NCBI GenBank assembly: GCA_963665095.1
Contig: OY762069.1
Location: 5,120,001 to 5,184,000, forward strand
Length of the DNA: 64,000 nucleotides
DNA from: an uncultured Desulfobacter sp.
Lineage (GTDB): Bacteria; Desulfobacterota; Desulfobacteria; Desulfobacterales; Desulfobacteraceae
Direction: 5' to 3'
Position 1 is the stretch's first letter; every line of letters starts with the position of its first letter. A model generated the notes under the pieces. The model did no database searches. It was not told the DNA's origin and saw nothing but the letters and a program-made list of their open reading frames with translations. The translations under genes and the position numbers were made by a program. Below are positions 1 through 9,694 of this stretch, one piece after another.

Positions 1-2
1 TT

Positions 3-134
3 AAGGACTGCACGGTTCAAGCCGGAGTTTGTACGGTGTCAACAGGCAGCGCGTTTTGCCCAGGGGATGCCGGGGAAAGTTCGGATTTCAGGCAGCTTGG
101 CATGGCGGTCCGGGAGATCAGGTTTTTAGACTGA
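3..134 (+). CDS. 3' end of a gene entering from the left; C-terminal beta-sandwich-type domain seen in glycan-locus proteins
   Basis: Frame 3 reads ...TGSAFCPGDAGESSDFRQLGMAVREIRFLD*. It has the same F/YxP...DxRxL pattern as the C-terminus of ORF 12074-14155 and stops 10 nt before the next ATG. Confidence 0.6.
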   Translation, partial: KDCTVQAGVCTVSTGSAFCPGDAGESSDFRQLGMAVREIRFLD

Positions 135-144
135 TGGTGGAAAA

Positions 145-1539
145 ATGAAAATTTTGATTCTCGGTGGGGGACCAACCGGCCTGGGGGCCGGGTGGCGGTT
201 AAATGAACTGGGGCATAGTGACTGGGAGATTTGTGAAGCTTCTGACCACTGGGGGGGGCTTTCCTCTTCATTCAGGGATGAGGAAGGATTTACCTGGGAT
301 GTTGGCGGCCACGTGCTTTTCAGTCATTATCACTATTTTGATAACGTTATAGATTCTCTTTTCTCATCATCAAAGGGATGGCTGACCCATAACCGGGAAG
401 CATGGGTGTGGATGGAAAACCGGTTTGTACCATATCCTCTTCAGAACAATATTCATCTGCTGCCCGAAAAAGTTTACTGGGAATGCCTTGAAGGAATTAT
501 TGATATTCAGAACAGGTCGGAACGTGCATTGCCTGAACATTTCGGCCAGTGGATCCACGCAACGTTTGGGCGGGGCCTTGCCAAATGGTTTCTGGAGCCA
601 TACAACTATAAGGTCTGGGCGTATCCGCCCAGTGAGATGGGCTGGTCCTGGGTGGGGGAGCGGGTGGCCCCTGTTGATTTGAAACAGATCCTGAAAAATG
701 CGGTTTTCAAGGAAGATGATAGTGCCTGGGGGCCCAACAGCTGTTTTCGATTTCCTGCCCAGGGCGGAACCGGCGCTATCTGGAAAGAAATCGCATCAAC
801 TCTGCCGCAGGGAAAAACGGTGCTAGATGAAAAAGCCGTTTCCGTGGACATTCATAAACGGCAGGTCAGGTTTGAGGATGGCAAATCAAGGGATTATGAT
901 ATCTTATTAACGACCCTTCCTTTGACGGATTTTATCCGGATGGCCGGTATCGACAATGTTTCAGCTGGTCTTCCCGACTTAAAATTTTCTTCCACCCATG
1001 TGACCGGCATTGCCCTTAAAGGAAAAGTACCCGAAAAACTGGCATCCAAATGCTGGATCTACTTTCCGGAAAACAACTGTCCTTTTTACCGGGTAACGGT
1101 GTTCAGCAACTATTCTCCCGGCAATGTCCCGGACAGCGCCACACAGTGGTCCCTCATGTGCGAAGTCAGCGAAAGCCCCATGAAAAGAGTGGATGCAGCT
1201 ACTGTAATTGAAGATGTAGTTCAGGGACTGCTGAATACGGGCCTGATTCCGGACAGGGGTATTATTGATCATACCTGGTACCGGTTTGAAGAAAAATCTT
1301 ACCCCACGCCGTCAAAAAAAAGGGACAGTGCGCTTGTTCCAGCCTTTTTGGAACTTAAGCAAAACAATATCTATTCCAGGGGCCGGTTCGGTGCCTGGAA
1401 ATACGAAGTCGGCAATATGGACCATTCTTTTATGCAGGGTGTTGAATTTGTGAACTCGGTACTGGGCTATGCCGAAGAGATGACTCTGTGGTATCCGGGG
1501 GTGGTGAATGCAGACCACCCTGCAGGCGGCAAACGGTAA
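145..1539 (+). CDS. glf: FAD-dependent UDP-galactopyranose mutase, eukaryote-like (fungal/trypanosomatid) type
   Basis: GGGPTG Rossmann start, DVGGHVLFSHY histidine loop, PYPLQNN, PYNYKVW, GERVA, WGPN, CWIYFPENNCPFYR, YPTP and RGRFGAWKYEVGNMDHSF, in the same order as in Aspergillus/Leishmania UGM. Confidence 0.75.
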   Translation: MKILILGGGPTGLGAGWRLNELGHSDWEICEASDHWGGLSSSFRDEEGFTWDVGGHVLFSHYHYFDNVIDSLFSSSKGWLTHNREAWVWMENRFVPYPLQNNIHLLPEKVYWECLEGIIDIQNRSERALPEHFGQWIHATFGRGLAKWFLEPYNYKVWAYPPSEMGWSWVGERVAPVDLKQILKNAVFKEDDSAWGPNSCFRFPAQGGTGAIWKEIASTLPQGKTVLDEKAVSVDIHKRQVRFEDGKSRDYDILLTTLPLTDFIRMAGIDNVSAGLPDLKFSSTHVTGIALKGKVPEKLASKCWIYFPENNCPFYRVTVFSNYSPGNVPDSATQWSLMCEVSESPMKRVDAATVIEDVVQGLLNTGLIPDRGIIDHTWYRFEEKSYPTPSKKRDSALVPAFLELKQNNIYSRGRFGAWKYEVGNMDHSFMQGVEFVNSVLGYAEEMTLWYPGVVNADHPAGGKR

Positions 1540-1567
1540 GAAGGTATTCTGGAAAGGTAAAGGACGC

Positions 1568-3382
1568 ATGGAATTATCAGGGTATGTCACAGCGGATAAC
1601 AGCGCCCTTGACCATGATATGCTTCATATCCTCGACGACTTTTACCGCAGACAGACACTTTTGCCGGCTGACAAAGATGACAGCAGGGCGGTTGAGGTCT
1701 TTATAAGTGCCCCTTCAGGCACTATTCTTGACGATCTGCCTGATACGCTTCTTGAAGAGATGGCTTGGGCGCTGCTCTGCCGTCCTTCTCATGAACTTCT
1801 TGTACAGCCTTTGCATATCAGTATCGATACGGATTGTAATGGTCTTATTGAGCACCCTTCAGATCGTTATATCCAGGAAGTAATGAAAACCGGATTTTTG
1901 GCTGTTGCCGGGAAAAGAGGGCTTTTCAGCCAGCGCACCAGGGTTTTGGCAAATTCAAAAGGCGCGTTTTTTCTTCATGCCGCTTTAAAATCCGAAACTG
2001 TTTTTTCATATTCAGCCGTTCGTATCACCTCTCCCATGAATATCAGGCAAAGGCTGGTCTCAGACATTAAAAGAAAAATTCCTGCGCCTTTGAAATCACG
2101 TATCCTGCAAATTTATCGCGGGATGATGATGATCGCGGGAAAAAAGGATTTTACCCCAGGGGCCGTGCAGGATCCCGGCCTGGCCAGGCGGAAAAACTGG
2201 GAAAGTGTCTACCCTGTCCTTAAAATAAAATCAAAGCCGATGGATACAGGAGACAGAGTCCCGGTATTAATCGCCATGCACTGGCTTGAGCTTGGCGGTG
2301 CTGAAAAGTTTGCCGTGGATTTGATTAAAAGCCTTCCTAAAGACAAATACGCCTTTTACGTAACCTGTGATGTGCCTTCCCCCAATACCTGGAAAAAGGA
2401 ACTGGCAGGTTTTGTTCAGGAAATCTGGGAGCTGCCCGTATTTCTGCCTGATTCCATGGCCCACACTTTTTATAAAGAGTTCATCCGGACAAGAAAGATT
2501 AAACTGCTCCATATCCACCATGGGGTAAAAGTCTACCAGTCTCTGTTTTACCTCAGGCGTTTTTATCCTGATCTGGTTATTCTGGACAGCCTTCACATTA
2601 TTGAGATGCCTCCCAATATCGGCGGGTACCCTGAATACGCAGGCCGGGACCTTTCCCCATTGATGAATCATCATCATGTAATCAGTGACAAGCTGAAGCA
2701 TTTTTTGGTGCAAAGGTGGCAGGTTCCGGAAGAAAAAATCACCCGGGTATATTTAAACGTTGATCATGAATATTTTAACCCTGATATCATTCAGAAGCAT
2801 TTTGTCAGATCCCGGTTCAATATACCGGATGATGCGCTTCTGATAGGCTTTATAGGTCGGTTTGTCGTTCAGAAGCAGCCCTTGGTGTTTGTTGAGATGG
2901 CAAAACGGCTGAAAGATCAGATTCAGCAGGCAGGCCATGATGTTTTTTTTGTTATGGTGGGCTCAGGGCCGCTTAAAGGCGCTATTGAGAAAAAGATTGG
3001 CCAGGATGAGCTGAGTCGCGTGCTTTTTATTCACGAGGAGGTTGTGGATACAAGGCCGGTATACAGGGATATTGACCTACTGGTGATGCCTTCTGAAAAT
3101 GAAGGCCTTGCGCTGGTCTCCTATGAGGCCATGGCCATGAAAGTGCCTGTTGTTTTCAGTGATGTGGGCGCTCAGTCCGAGCTGCAGGATTCCCGGTACC
3201 TTGTTTCACCCGAAGAAGGTGATCAGGCTTCAGCATTTGCCGATAAAACCATGCCTCTGATTCGGGATATTGACCAGCTAAGGCAGTCTGGTGAGGCCCT
3301 GCGCAGTTACATCCTGGAACACCACCGGGCATCTGACACAATTAAAGAGATGGCGTCGCTGTATGACCGTTTGTTAGAATAG
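1568..3382 (+). CDS. GT4 (GT-B) glycosyltransferase with an N-terminal extension
   Basis: LGGAEK, GRFVVQKQP and SENEGLALVSYEAMA (EX7E), SDVG. Start moved to ATG 1568 after AAGGA. Confidence 0.85.
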   Translation: MELSGYVTADNSALDHDMLHILDDFYRRQTLLPADKDDSRAVEVFISAPSGTILDDLPDTLLEEMAWALLCRPSHELLVQPLHISIDTDCNGLIEHPSDRYIQEVMKTGFLAVAGKRGLFSQRTRVLANSKGAFFLHAALKSETVFSYSAVRITSPMNIRQRLVSDIKRKIPAPLKSRILQIYRGMMMIAGKKDFTPGAVQDPGLARRKNWESVYPVLKIKSKPMDTGDRVPVLIAMHWLELGGAEKFAVDLIKSLPKDKYAFYVTCDVPSPNTWKKELAGFVQEIWELPVFLPDSMAHTFYKEFIRTRKIKLLHIHHGVKVYQSLFYLRRFYPDLVILDSLHIIEMPPNIGGYPEYAGRDLSPLMNHHHVISDKLKHFLVQRWQVPEEKITRVYLNVDHEYFNPDIIQKHFVRSRFNIPDDALLIGFIGRFVVQKQPLVFVEMAKRLKDQIQQAGHDVFFVMVGSGPLKGAIEKKIGQDELSRVLFIHEEVVDTRPVYRDIDLLVMPSENEGLALVSYEAMAMKVPVVFSDVGAQSELQDSRYLVSPEEGDQASAFADKTMPLIRDIDQLRQSGEALRSYILEHHRASDTIKEMASLYDRLLE

Positions 3383-3446
3383 AATACTTTTGTTGTGGGA
3401 TTAACATTTTAACCAGAGAGTGATCTGAAAATATTCGCAAAATGAT

Positions 3447-4565
3447 CTATTCCGGGCGGTTGCCCTTTTTGAAAAGAGATATCATTTTTCTTAAAGGGCC
3501 TGTTATTTTCCAGCTTGTTGAATTATGCAAGGCCCTGATTTGAGCTGTTAAGGCGGCGATTTCTTTCCCCATTGCAGCTGTTTCAGCAGCTAAAGAGGCA
3601 ATTCGTGCCTGGGAAGCATTCATGTCATCCTGTTTCATCCTCAATATCTGCTGGGTTGCCAGGAGAATTTCATCCTGAGAAAAGTGATACAGGACCTTCA
3701 GAAAATACAATTTTAACTCGTCATCTAAATCAAACCATTCAAGCCATGCAAAAAGGTTTTTAAACATCAATCTTTTATGGCTGTCCTGGATTGAAAAATT
3801 ATCATAAATATACAGAACGATAGATAAAACTTCTTTAAATAAAACCGGATTTTTATGATTGCTCTGTATGACACTTTTTTCGTGTCGTACATAATTGTTT
3901 AATTTTTCAGGGGTATAAGCAATCTTATTATCCTGAAATGACTGCAGAGCCAGAATATAAAACAACCAGTCTCCTGCCTTGCGGTAATCATACAGCACTT
4001 GAAGTTTATCGCGGTTTAATCTCTTTTTGTTTACAATAACAGCGCTGGCATTGGGGATGGTATTGATCACACAAAGGTAATTTTGTATCTCTTCCTGCCC
4101 TGAACATATAAATTGGGAATCCCACCTTTCAGTGTTTTTAAAAAACGCTTTTTTTTCTTCTTTTTCTTCCCGGATAATTTGCCCTTCGGGATTAACAAGC
4201 TCTGACTTGCAATAGGCTAAAACGACCTTTTCATCATCAAAAAGAACATTCATCTTTTCGATGAAGTCAAGCTCGGCATAATCATCGGTTTCAGCAATCC
4301 ATACCAGATCATTGGCAGCAAGCTCGATACCTTTCAGCCACTGGTTGAAAACACCTTTATTCTCGGTGTTTGTAATTATCCTGTGGGGTATGGCTGAATT
4401 CTTTAAAAGGCGTTTTGCCACAACAACGCTGTTATCCTGGGAACAATCATCCAGAAAAATTATTTCCGATGGTTTACAGGTTTGATTCAGGATACTTGCC
4501 ACTCTTTTGGGAAGAAACTCTTCATAGTTATAGTTTGGAAGAATAACAGATATTTTGTGCGCCAC
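3447..4565 (-). CDS. GT2 glycosyltransferase with C-terminal coiled coil and SWKITGPLR motif
   Basis: ISVILPNYN, LDDCSQD, WIAETDD; Ala/Leu-rich helical tail ending STSWKITGPLR. Confidence 0.85.
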   Translation of the reverse strand: MAHKISVILPNYNYEEFLPKRVASILNQTCKPSEIIFLDDCSQDNSVVVAKRLLKNSAIPHRIITNTENKGVFNQWLKGIELAANDLVWIAETDDYAELDFIEKMNVLFDDEKVVLAYCKSELVNPEGQIIREEKEEKKAFFKNTERWDSQFICSGQEEIQNYLCVINTIPNASAVIVNKKRLNRDKLQVLYDYRKAGDWLFYILALQSFQDNKIAYTPEKLNNYVRHEKSVIQSNHKNPVLFKEVLSIVLYIYDNFSIQDSHKRLMFKNLFAWLEWFDLDDELKLYFLKVLYHFSQDEILLATQQILRMKQDDMNASQARIASLAAETAAMGKEIAALTAQIRALHNSTSWKITGPLRKMISLFKKGNRPE

Positions 4566-4596
4566 TTACCATACCTCCGTGTCAAAACCGACTTTT

Positions 4597-6069
4597 TTAA
4601 GGTTTCAGCTTGGCCCAGGGCTGTCCTTTCCCAGGATCATAACCCAACTGTTCAAGAATAGGTGCCGCTTCCGGCGGGGGCGTTCCGGGAGCCGGTCTTT
4701 TTAAAAAACGGAACATGGTTAAGGCGGTCACAAATATCGCGAGCGCTGGACCAATAAAAGAGGTGGCCAGTACCTGCCAGGGCCTGCATGGTGCAGAGTA
4801 CAGCTTGTTGTTGTGGAAAATAGATGCAACCTTTCCGGCATGGCTTGTAACCCTGCGGGGAAACATGAACGCATCGGTTATTACAAGATCATAGCGGCGT
4901 TTCCGCAATTTAAGGAATGTTCGGGCAAAGTTTAGAATTCCGTGACGGCGGGGAATTATATTTGAGAAAATATTTTTTTGCTCAAAGAATGCCACCCTGT
5001 TCCAGTCACAGAGGATATCAATTTGCAGGGGCTTGTTGGTGAGGGTTCTGGCGGCTTGAACCATCTCTTCAGCCCAATCTTCAATGGTGATATCTATAAG
5101 AACCGAAGATATGCGGTTCATGTCAAACCAGGCAGATCCAAGAATCTGACGGTTTTCTCCAAATGATATTGGGCTTTTCCATTGTCCGTATTGCTTTAAA
5201 AATGAGTGGGTGGCGGCGGCTTTCAGGGTAAGGAAAATTTCATGATCGCCTGATATCAGACTTAGGACCATATCCCTGATTATTCTGAAAAGTGCAAAAA
5301 AAAGAGACCGGCTGCTGTTTGTCCCTTTTCTTAATTTCGAGATCATGTACAATCCATTTCTCTGGAAATAGTAGAGTCTTACCGGAGAGAACGGCTTGGC
5401 CCAGGGAAAATCGTGCTCTGCCCTGGCTGCGGTCACACAGGCGGCCTTTTGATTATTTTGTGTCAGCCTGAGGCACCAGTCCACATCATCGCTGAAAATG
5501 AAGTAGTTCCAGTCCATAACCCCAACTTGCCGGATGGCATCTGCTCTGACCATAAGGCAGCAGGCACTGGCATAGTCGATATCTAATATGTCCAGAAGGT
5601 TCGGTGTCACTGCAAATCTGTTCCAGGCCTCTACGGTCAGTCTCTTTGCAAAATGGACGCCCCCGCCGGTTTCCTGAAGTGTCGAAGGCCTTGAGGATAT
5701 GTATATTGAAGGCGCCGCAAGTACATATTCCCTGTGCTGATCCAGAAAATCTGCCAGCATTTCTATGCACTTGCCTTTGGGCATGGCATCATCGTCAAGA
5801 AGAATAATATACTCACTGTTGTAAGCAAGGGCTGAAAGCACGGCGCAGTTAAAGCCTCCGGTCCCGCCTAAGTTATGCCTGCTTTCAAGGATGACTGTGT
5901 TGGAAAATTGCCCTTTTATGGCCTCCAGCGTTCCGTCTGAAGACGCATTTTCAGTGATGGAAACAGGGATGTCCAGCGCCTCAAGGTTTGCTAAGAGCCT
6001 TAATACAGACGCTTTATGATTAAAGGAGACAATTGCTGCAGCAACCCTGGAATTTTTCAATCTGCTCAT
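4597..6069 (-). CDS. GT2 glycosyltransferase (galactofuranosyl/rhamnosyltransferase-like)
   Basis: ENASSDG, NLGGTGGFN, LLDDDA, YFIFSDDVDWCLR, YYFQRN. Likely start ATG 6069. Confidence 0.8.
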   Translation of the reverse strand: MSRLKNSRVAAAIVSFNHKASVLRLLANLEALDIPVSITENASSDGTLEAIKGQFSNTVILESRHNLGGTGGFNCAVLSALAYNSEYIILLDDDAMPKGKCIEMLADFLDQHREYVLAAPSIYISSRPSTLQETGGGVHFAKRLTVEAWNRFAVTPNLLDILDIDYASACCLMVRADAIRQVGVMDWNYFIFSDDVDWCLRLTQNNQKAACVTAARAEHDFPWAKPFSPVRLYYFQRNGLYMISKLRKGTNSSRSLFFALFRIIRDMVLSLISGDHEIFLTLKAAATHSFLKQYGQWKSPISFGENRQILGSAWFDMNRISSVLIDITIEDWAEEMVQAARTLTNKPLQIDILCDWNRVAFFEQKNIFSNIIPRRHGILNFARTFLKLRKRRYDLVITDAFMFPRRVTSHAGKVASIFHNNKLYSAPCRPWQVLATSFIGPALAIFVTALTMFRFLKRPAPGTPPPEAAPILEQLGYDPGKGQPWAKLKP

Positions 6070-6209
6070 ATGCCATCCTTTGTTTGGGGGATAATGATGG
6101 AGCAGGTTCATATCATAAACAGGGCTGCGGTGCAAACGGTAAAGCCTGAAAGCAGATCTGGCTGCTTTCAGGCAATCTGAAGCCACGGCTCTGTCAAACC
6201 AGCCACTGT

Positions 6210-9200
6210 TTAATCGGTTACATTGATGGACCCTCCGATAAGCGGGGCCGCTCCCGAAGGAAAACTTGCGGAGTTTGAGGCCCTGGCGACAATAATATAG
6301 CTGCCGGCTTCGTCAAATGTATAAGAACAGGTTGGAGAAAGGGAGAAATCCTGAATAACAGTGTAGTTGTTATACGGATCATATTCATCTGTACCATAAC
6401 CGGGGATAAGATCAAACCGGTAGTAGGTGCTGTCGGAACAGTTATTAATTGCCTGGACTGTCATGATGACCAGATCACCGGTTTTAACATCCCTGCCTGA
6501 ACTGAAATCCAGACCGGTTATCTGCAGACAGGTTTCTTGTGAGTTACTGTCTGACACTACGCTGACAGAGCCTCCCATAATCTGCTGATAACCACTTGAG
6601 AATCCCTGGTTGGAGGAGGCCATAACAACAACGATATAATTCCCTGGTTCTGTAAATGTATAGGATGCGGAATCGGAAGAAGAAAAGTTTTGAATGGTGG
6701 TGTAATTGTTATCCGGGTCATATTCTGCCGTACCATAATTCGGGACAATGGCAAACCGGTAATACATCTGGGCATCATCCTGATTCACCGCATTCATTGA
6801 GAAGGTCTGAACCGATCCCTGTTCAATGATTGAAGACGTGTCAATCCGGATATTGTCCACTTGATTTTCGTCATAAGGGTAATATCGAACAGCCAGGTCC
6901 TGAGTAAAGTCGGGAATGTAGACTGAAACGCGACTGTCTGACGGGGTCCCTGTACGAACGGCAACCGGAGTAGTCTGATCCGGGTCGGTCTGCCAGAATT
7001 CGAATTTCATAGGCGTGTCAGATTTTATGTTATCAATGGTTAACAGGGCGCCGGATATGGTTTGCACCGTTGTTTCGTTCCGGTTTTTGTTTAAATAGAC
7101 AAGGCCCTTCTCACCATCTGAGCAGCCTACGGACTGGACCGAAGCATGACTCACTGTAATATCGGAGCCGGAAAAGCGGGAATTAAAATTTTTAAAATCA
7201 AATATTGGAGAGGTACTGCCGTTTTCCACAAATGCGGAAAGCGTTTTCTGGGTTCCATGCATATTATCAGAGAGATGAAGACCATAATCATAAGCCCTGA
7301 CGCCCCCCTGCATCCTGATGCCCGGGCCGGCGGCGCCGCCGGCAAGCTCTGTAAACCACAACCGTGTTGTGATCATTTCATCATCCGACTCTTCGAATGA
7401 GGAGAAATATGACGGGTTGGACGTATCCGGCATCCAGCCGTCTGATGGCCCCCACTCTCCGTTTAATATGGGTTTATTATGCAGCTGATTGGTGCTGAAC
7501 CATGAAATCGCTCTGGATTGTTCTTCCACTACAGCCGTGTCCATATAATCAGCCGGATTATTCCAGGGCTCTCTGTTTCCGGGAAAATAAAGATGGGGCA
7601 AAGAGGCATCAAACATATTGCTGTAATATGCGAAGTTGCCCAGTGCGCCGCGGGGGTCAAGGGCTGTGGTTGATGAAAAAATCAGGTGGGTGCCGTCAAG
7701 GGATCTGATGTAATCTGCCAGTTCTGTTACAAAGGCAACCCGGACTGATGCATCTGTATTTGCATCTGAATCGGCAATGGTCCATTCCCAGGAATCCCAC
7801 TCGTTGAGGATTTCATATCCGATTACCGAACCCGGGTATCCGCTTTGGTTTACCTGGGTAATCACCCATTGCCAGCGGGCTTTGCACATGGACAGTGCCT
7901 CGTCACTGTGAAAGAATTCATTGATATCACTTAAAGGGCCGCCGTTTGAAGCGGACCAGGCTGTCCTGGAAAAATAGTCATCGTAATAAAAGGTATCGAA
8001 CGGGCTGATAATTAAATATATTTCCCTTTCATAACACAGTTTGAGCAGATCCTTAAGAAAGGTGCCCATGGCAGTGTTATAGGTGCCCATGGGGAATTCA
8101 ATCCAATAGGCCCCGTTTGTGCCGTTAAAGTTTGCGTTGTTGCTTACGTTTAAAGAAAAATCTTCAAGAAAAATCCGCATGGTATTGATGCCGTTTTCTT
8201 TAAGCGTGTCCAGGTATGAGGTGACGGTTTCAAGGGCGTTGGCTTCTGAGGAAAAGTCGTAAAGCGTACTGCCCGTCCATACATACCCCTGGTACAGGTA
8301 ACGGGTGGCCGCATCCTGCATGAGTAAGTGATGGCCTACCGGAATAAAGTTGGCACCGTCTTCCCTCATGAAATACCGTCCTCCGGGAGCCGGAAAAACA
8401 TTTCCTTTGTAGGTCTGCCGGTCCAGATTTGAATTAAAAGCCCATACAGCTGGAGTTGTAACGGGCCCCAGGGTTGATACAGTGCCGCAGTTGCCTTCTT
8501 CGTCATAGGCCCGGACAGCAAAGTAATAGGCCGTATTGGGTTCAAGGCCCATTACCCTTGCAGAGGCTGTTCCCCCTGACCAGGGGACCGGCAGATTTAA
8601 AGGCCAGTCACTGCATTGGGAAAAATTGCTTTCATTGATGGACGAAGTGGCATATTTTACCTCAAATCCATGACAATCTCCGCCCTCTCCCTCATCTTCT
8701 TCAGCAGACGTCCACTGCAGCTTCACTGAATAAGGACGAACCTCCGACACGGAAATAGAGCCGACAGAACCAGGGGCAGTTATGTCCGAAGCCGGATGAA
8801 ACTGGAGGGGGATATATGCGTCAGGCCCCTGCAGACCTGACTGGGACGCGTTGTCTGCGCTGCATATTAATTCCACATATTCGTCCGGGCGGATCGGCGT
8901 GGTAAACCTGGCACTGGCAGGCGTGATGGACCTGTTGTCGGACCAGTCCCTGGTTCCGCCTGTATCATCCGAAATAACAATGGCATTTATCTTCATCCAG
9001 TCTCCCTGGCCGGGGGGATTCCTTAGGATAGCACTCCACGGGATTTCAACTTCAATGCTGTAACCGGTATCTGTATCTGAGTCATCATTGACCGTACCGT
9101 AATGGCTGACCATATAATTTACACCGGAGGGAAGTTCTCCCGGCCCTGCAAGGCCGGCGCAGCCACCACTGCCGTTTCCCTGGTTGAAACTTCGTCTTGA

Positions 9201-9665
9201 AACAATTCCGGTTCCGTCCTGGGGGTCGGTGAGATTGCCGATGTTCACTGCAAGATACCGGTCAGAGTCTGTCAGGTATTCCCCGCCTGAGTTGTCCGGA
9301 TCAAAGTACCACTCAATGGCGTCGTCATCATAATGTTCCCAGTATTCTCCAGAGCCATCGCCGCCTCCGTCCGCCTGAAGGTTCTGATCCTCGACATATG
9401 CGCCAAGATAGAGATATGAATCGTCATAAGCAAAGTAAAGCCGGATCCCCAGTTTATTGTGAAATCCGCGGCTTAAACGGATCATGTTCTCCTCAGGCCA
9501 TTCGCCGGAAGAGATTTCACCATCAATAACCGGGGTTTTTTCCATGCAGAGAATTTTTAAAGGGACCTCGCCGGCATAGGATGAGCCAATCGTTATTAAC
9601 ACGACGAAGGTTGGAATCAGGATTGATGCGAAAAAATTGCGGGGTTTCCCGTATGTTGGGATCAT
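6210..9665 (-). CDS. Secreted modular glycoside hydrolase: CBM9/DOMON-like + FN3 + GH5-like barrel + two C-terminal Ig-like repeats
   Basis: Signal peptide ending SSYA; PVIDG...YLYLGAYVED; FN3 GLEPNTAYYFAVRAYDE; GINTMRIF, YEILNEWD (acid/base) and ILNGEWG (nucleophile); GGAGG RBS before ATG 9665. Confidence 0.75.
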   Translation of the reverse strand: MIPTYGKPRNFFASILIPTFVVLITIGSSYAGEVPLKILCMEKTPVIDGEISSGEWPEENMIRLSRGFHNKLGIRLYFAYDDSYLYLGAYVEDQNLQADGGGDGSGEYWEHYDDDAIEWYFDPDNSGGEYLTDSDRYLAVNIGNLTDPQDGTGIVSRRSFNQGNGSGGCAGLAGPGELPSGVNYMVSHYGTVNDDSDTDTGYSIEVEIPWSAILRNPPGQGDWMKINAIVISDDTGGTRDWSDNRSITPASARFTTPIRPDEYVELICSADNASQSGLQGPDAYIPLQFHPASDITAPGSVGSISVSEVRPYSVKLQWTSAEEDEGEGGDCHGFEVKYATSSINESNFSQCSDWPLNLPVPWSGGTASARVMGLEPNTAYYFAVRAYDEEGNCGTVSTLGPVTTPAVWAFNSNLDRQTYKGNVFPAPGGRYFMREDGANFIPVGHHLLMQDAATRYLYQGYVWTGSTLYDFSSEANALETVTSYLDTLKENGINTMRIFLEDFSLNVSNNANFNGTNGAYWIEFPMGTYNTAMGTFLKDLLKLCYEREIYLIISPFDTFYYDDYFSRTAWSASNGGPLSDINEFFHSDEALSMCKARWQWVITQVNQSGYPGSVIGYEILNEWDSWEWTIADSDANTDASVRVAFVTELADYIRSLDGTHLIFSSTTALDPRGALGNFAYYSNMFDASLPHLYFPGNREPWNNPADYMDTAVVEEQSRAISWFSTNQLHNKPILNGEWGPSDGWMPDTSNPSYFSSFEESDDEMITTRLWFTELAGGAAGPGIRMQGGVRAYDYGLHLSDNMHGTQKTLSAFVENGSTSPIFDFKNFNSRFSGSDITVSHASVQSVGCSDGEKGLVYLNKNRNETTVQTISGALLTIDNIKSDTPMKFEFWQTDPDQTTPVAVRTGTPSDSRVSVYIPDFTQDLAVRYYPYDENQVDNIRIDTSSIIEQGSVQTFSMNAVNQDDAQMYYRFAIVPNYGTAEYDPDNNYTTIQNFSSSDSASYTFTEPGNYIVVVMASSNQGFSSGYQQIMGGSVSVVSDSNSQETCLQITGLDFSSGRDVKTGDLVIMTVQAINNCSDSTYYRFDLIPGYGTDEYDPYNNYTVIQDFSLSPTCSYTFDEAGSYIIVARASNSASFPSGAAPLIGGSINVTD

Positions 9666-9694
9666 GGTTCCCTCCTGGTGCTGGTTAAACATTA

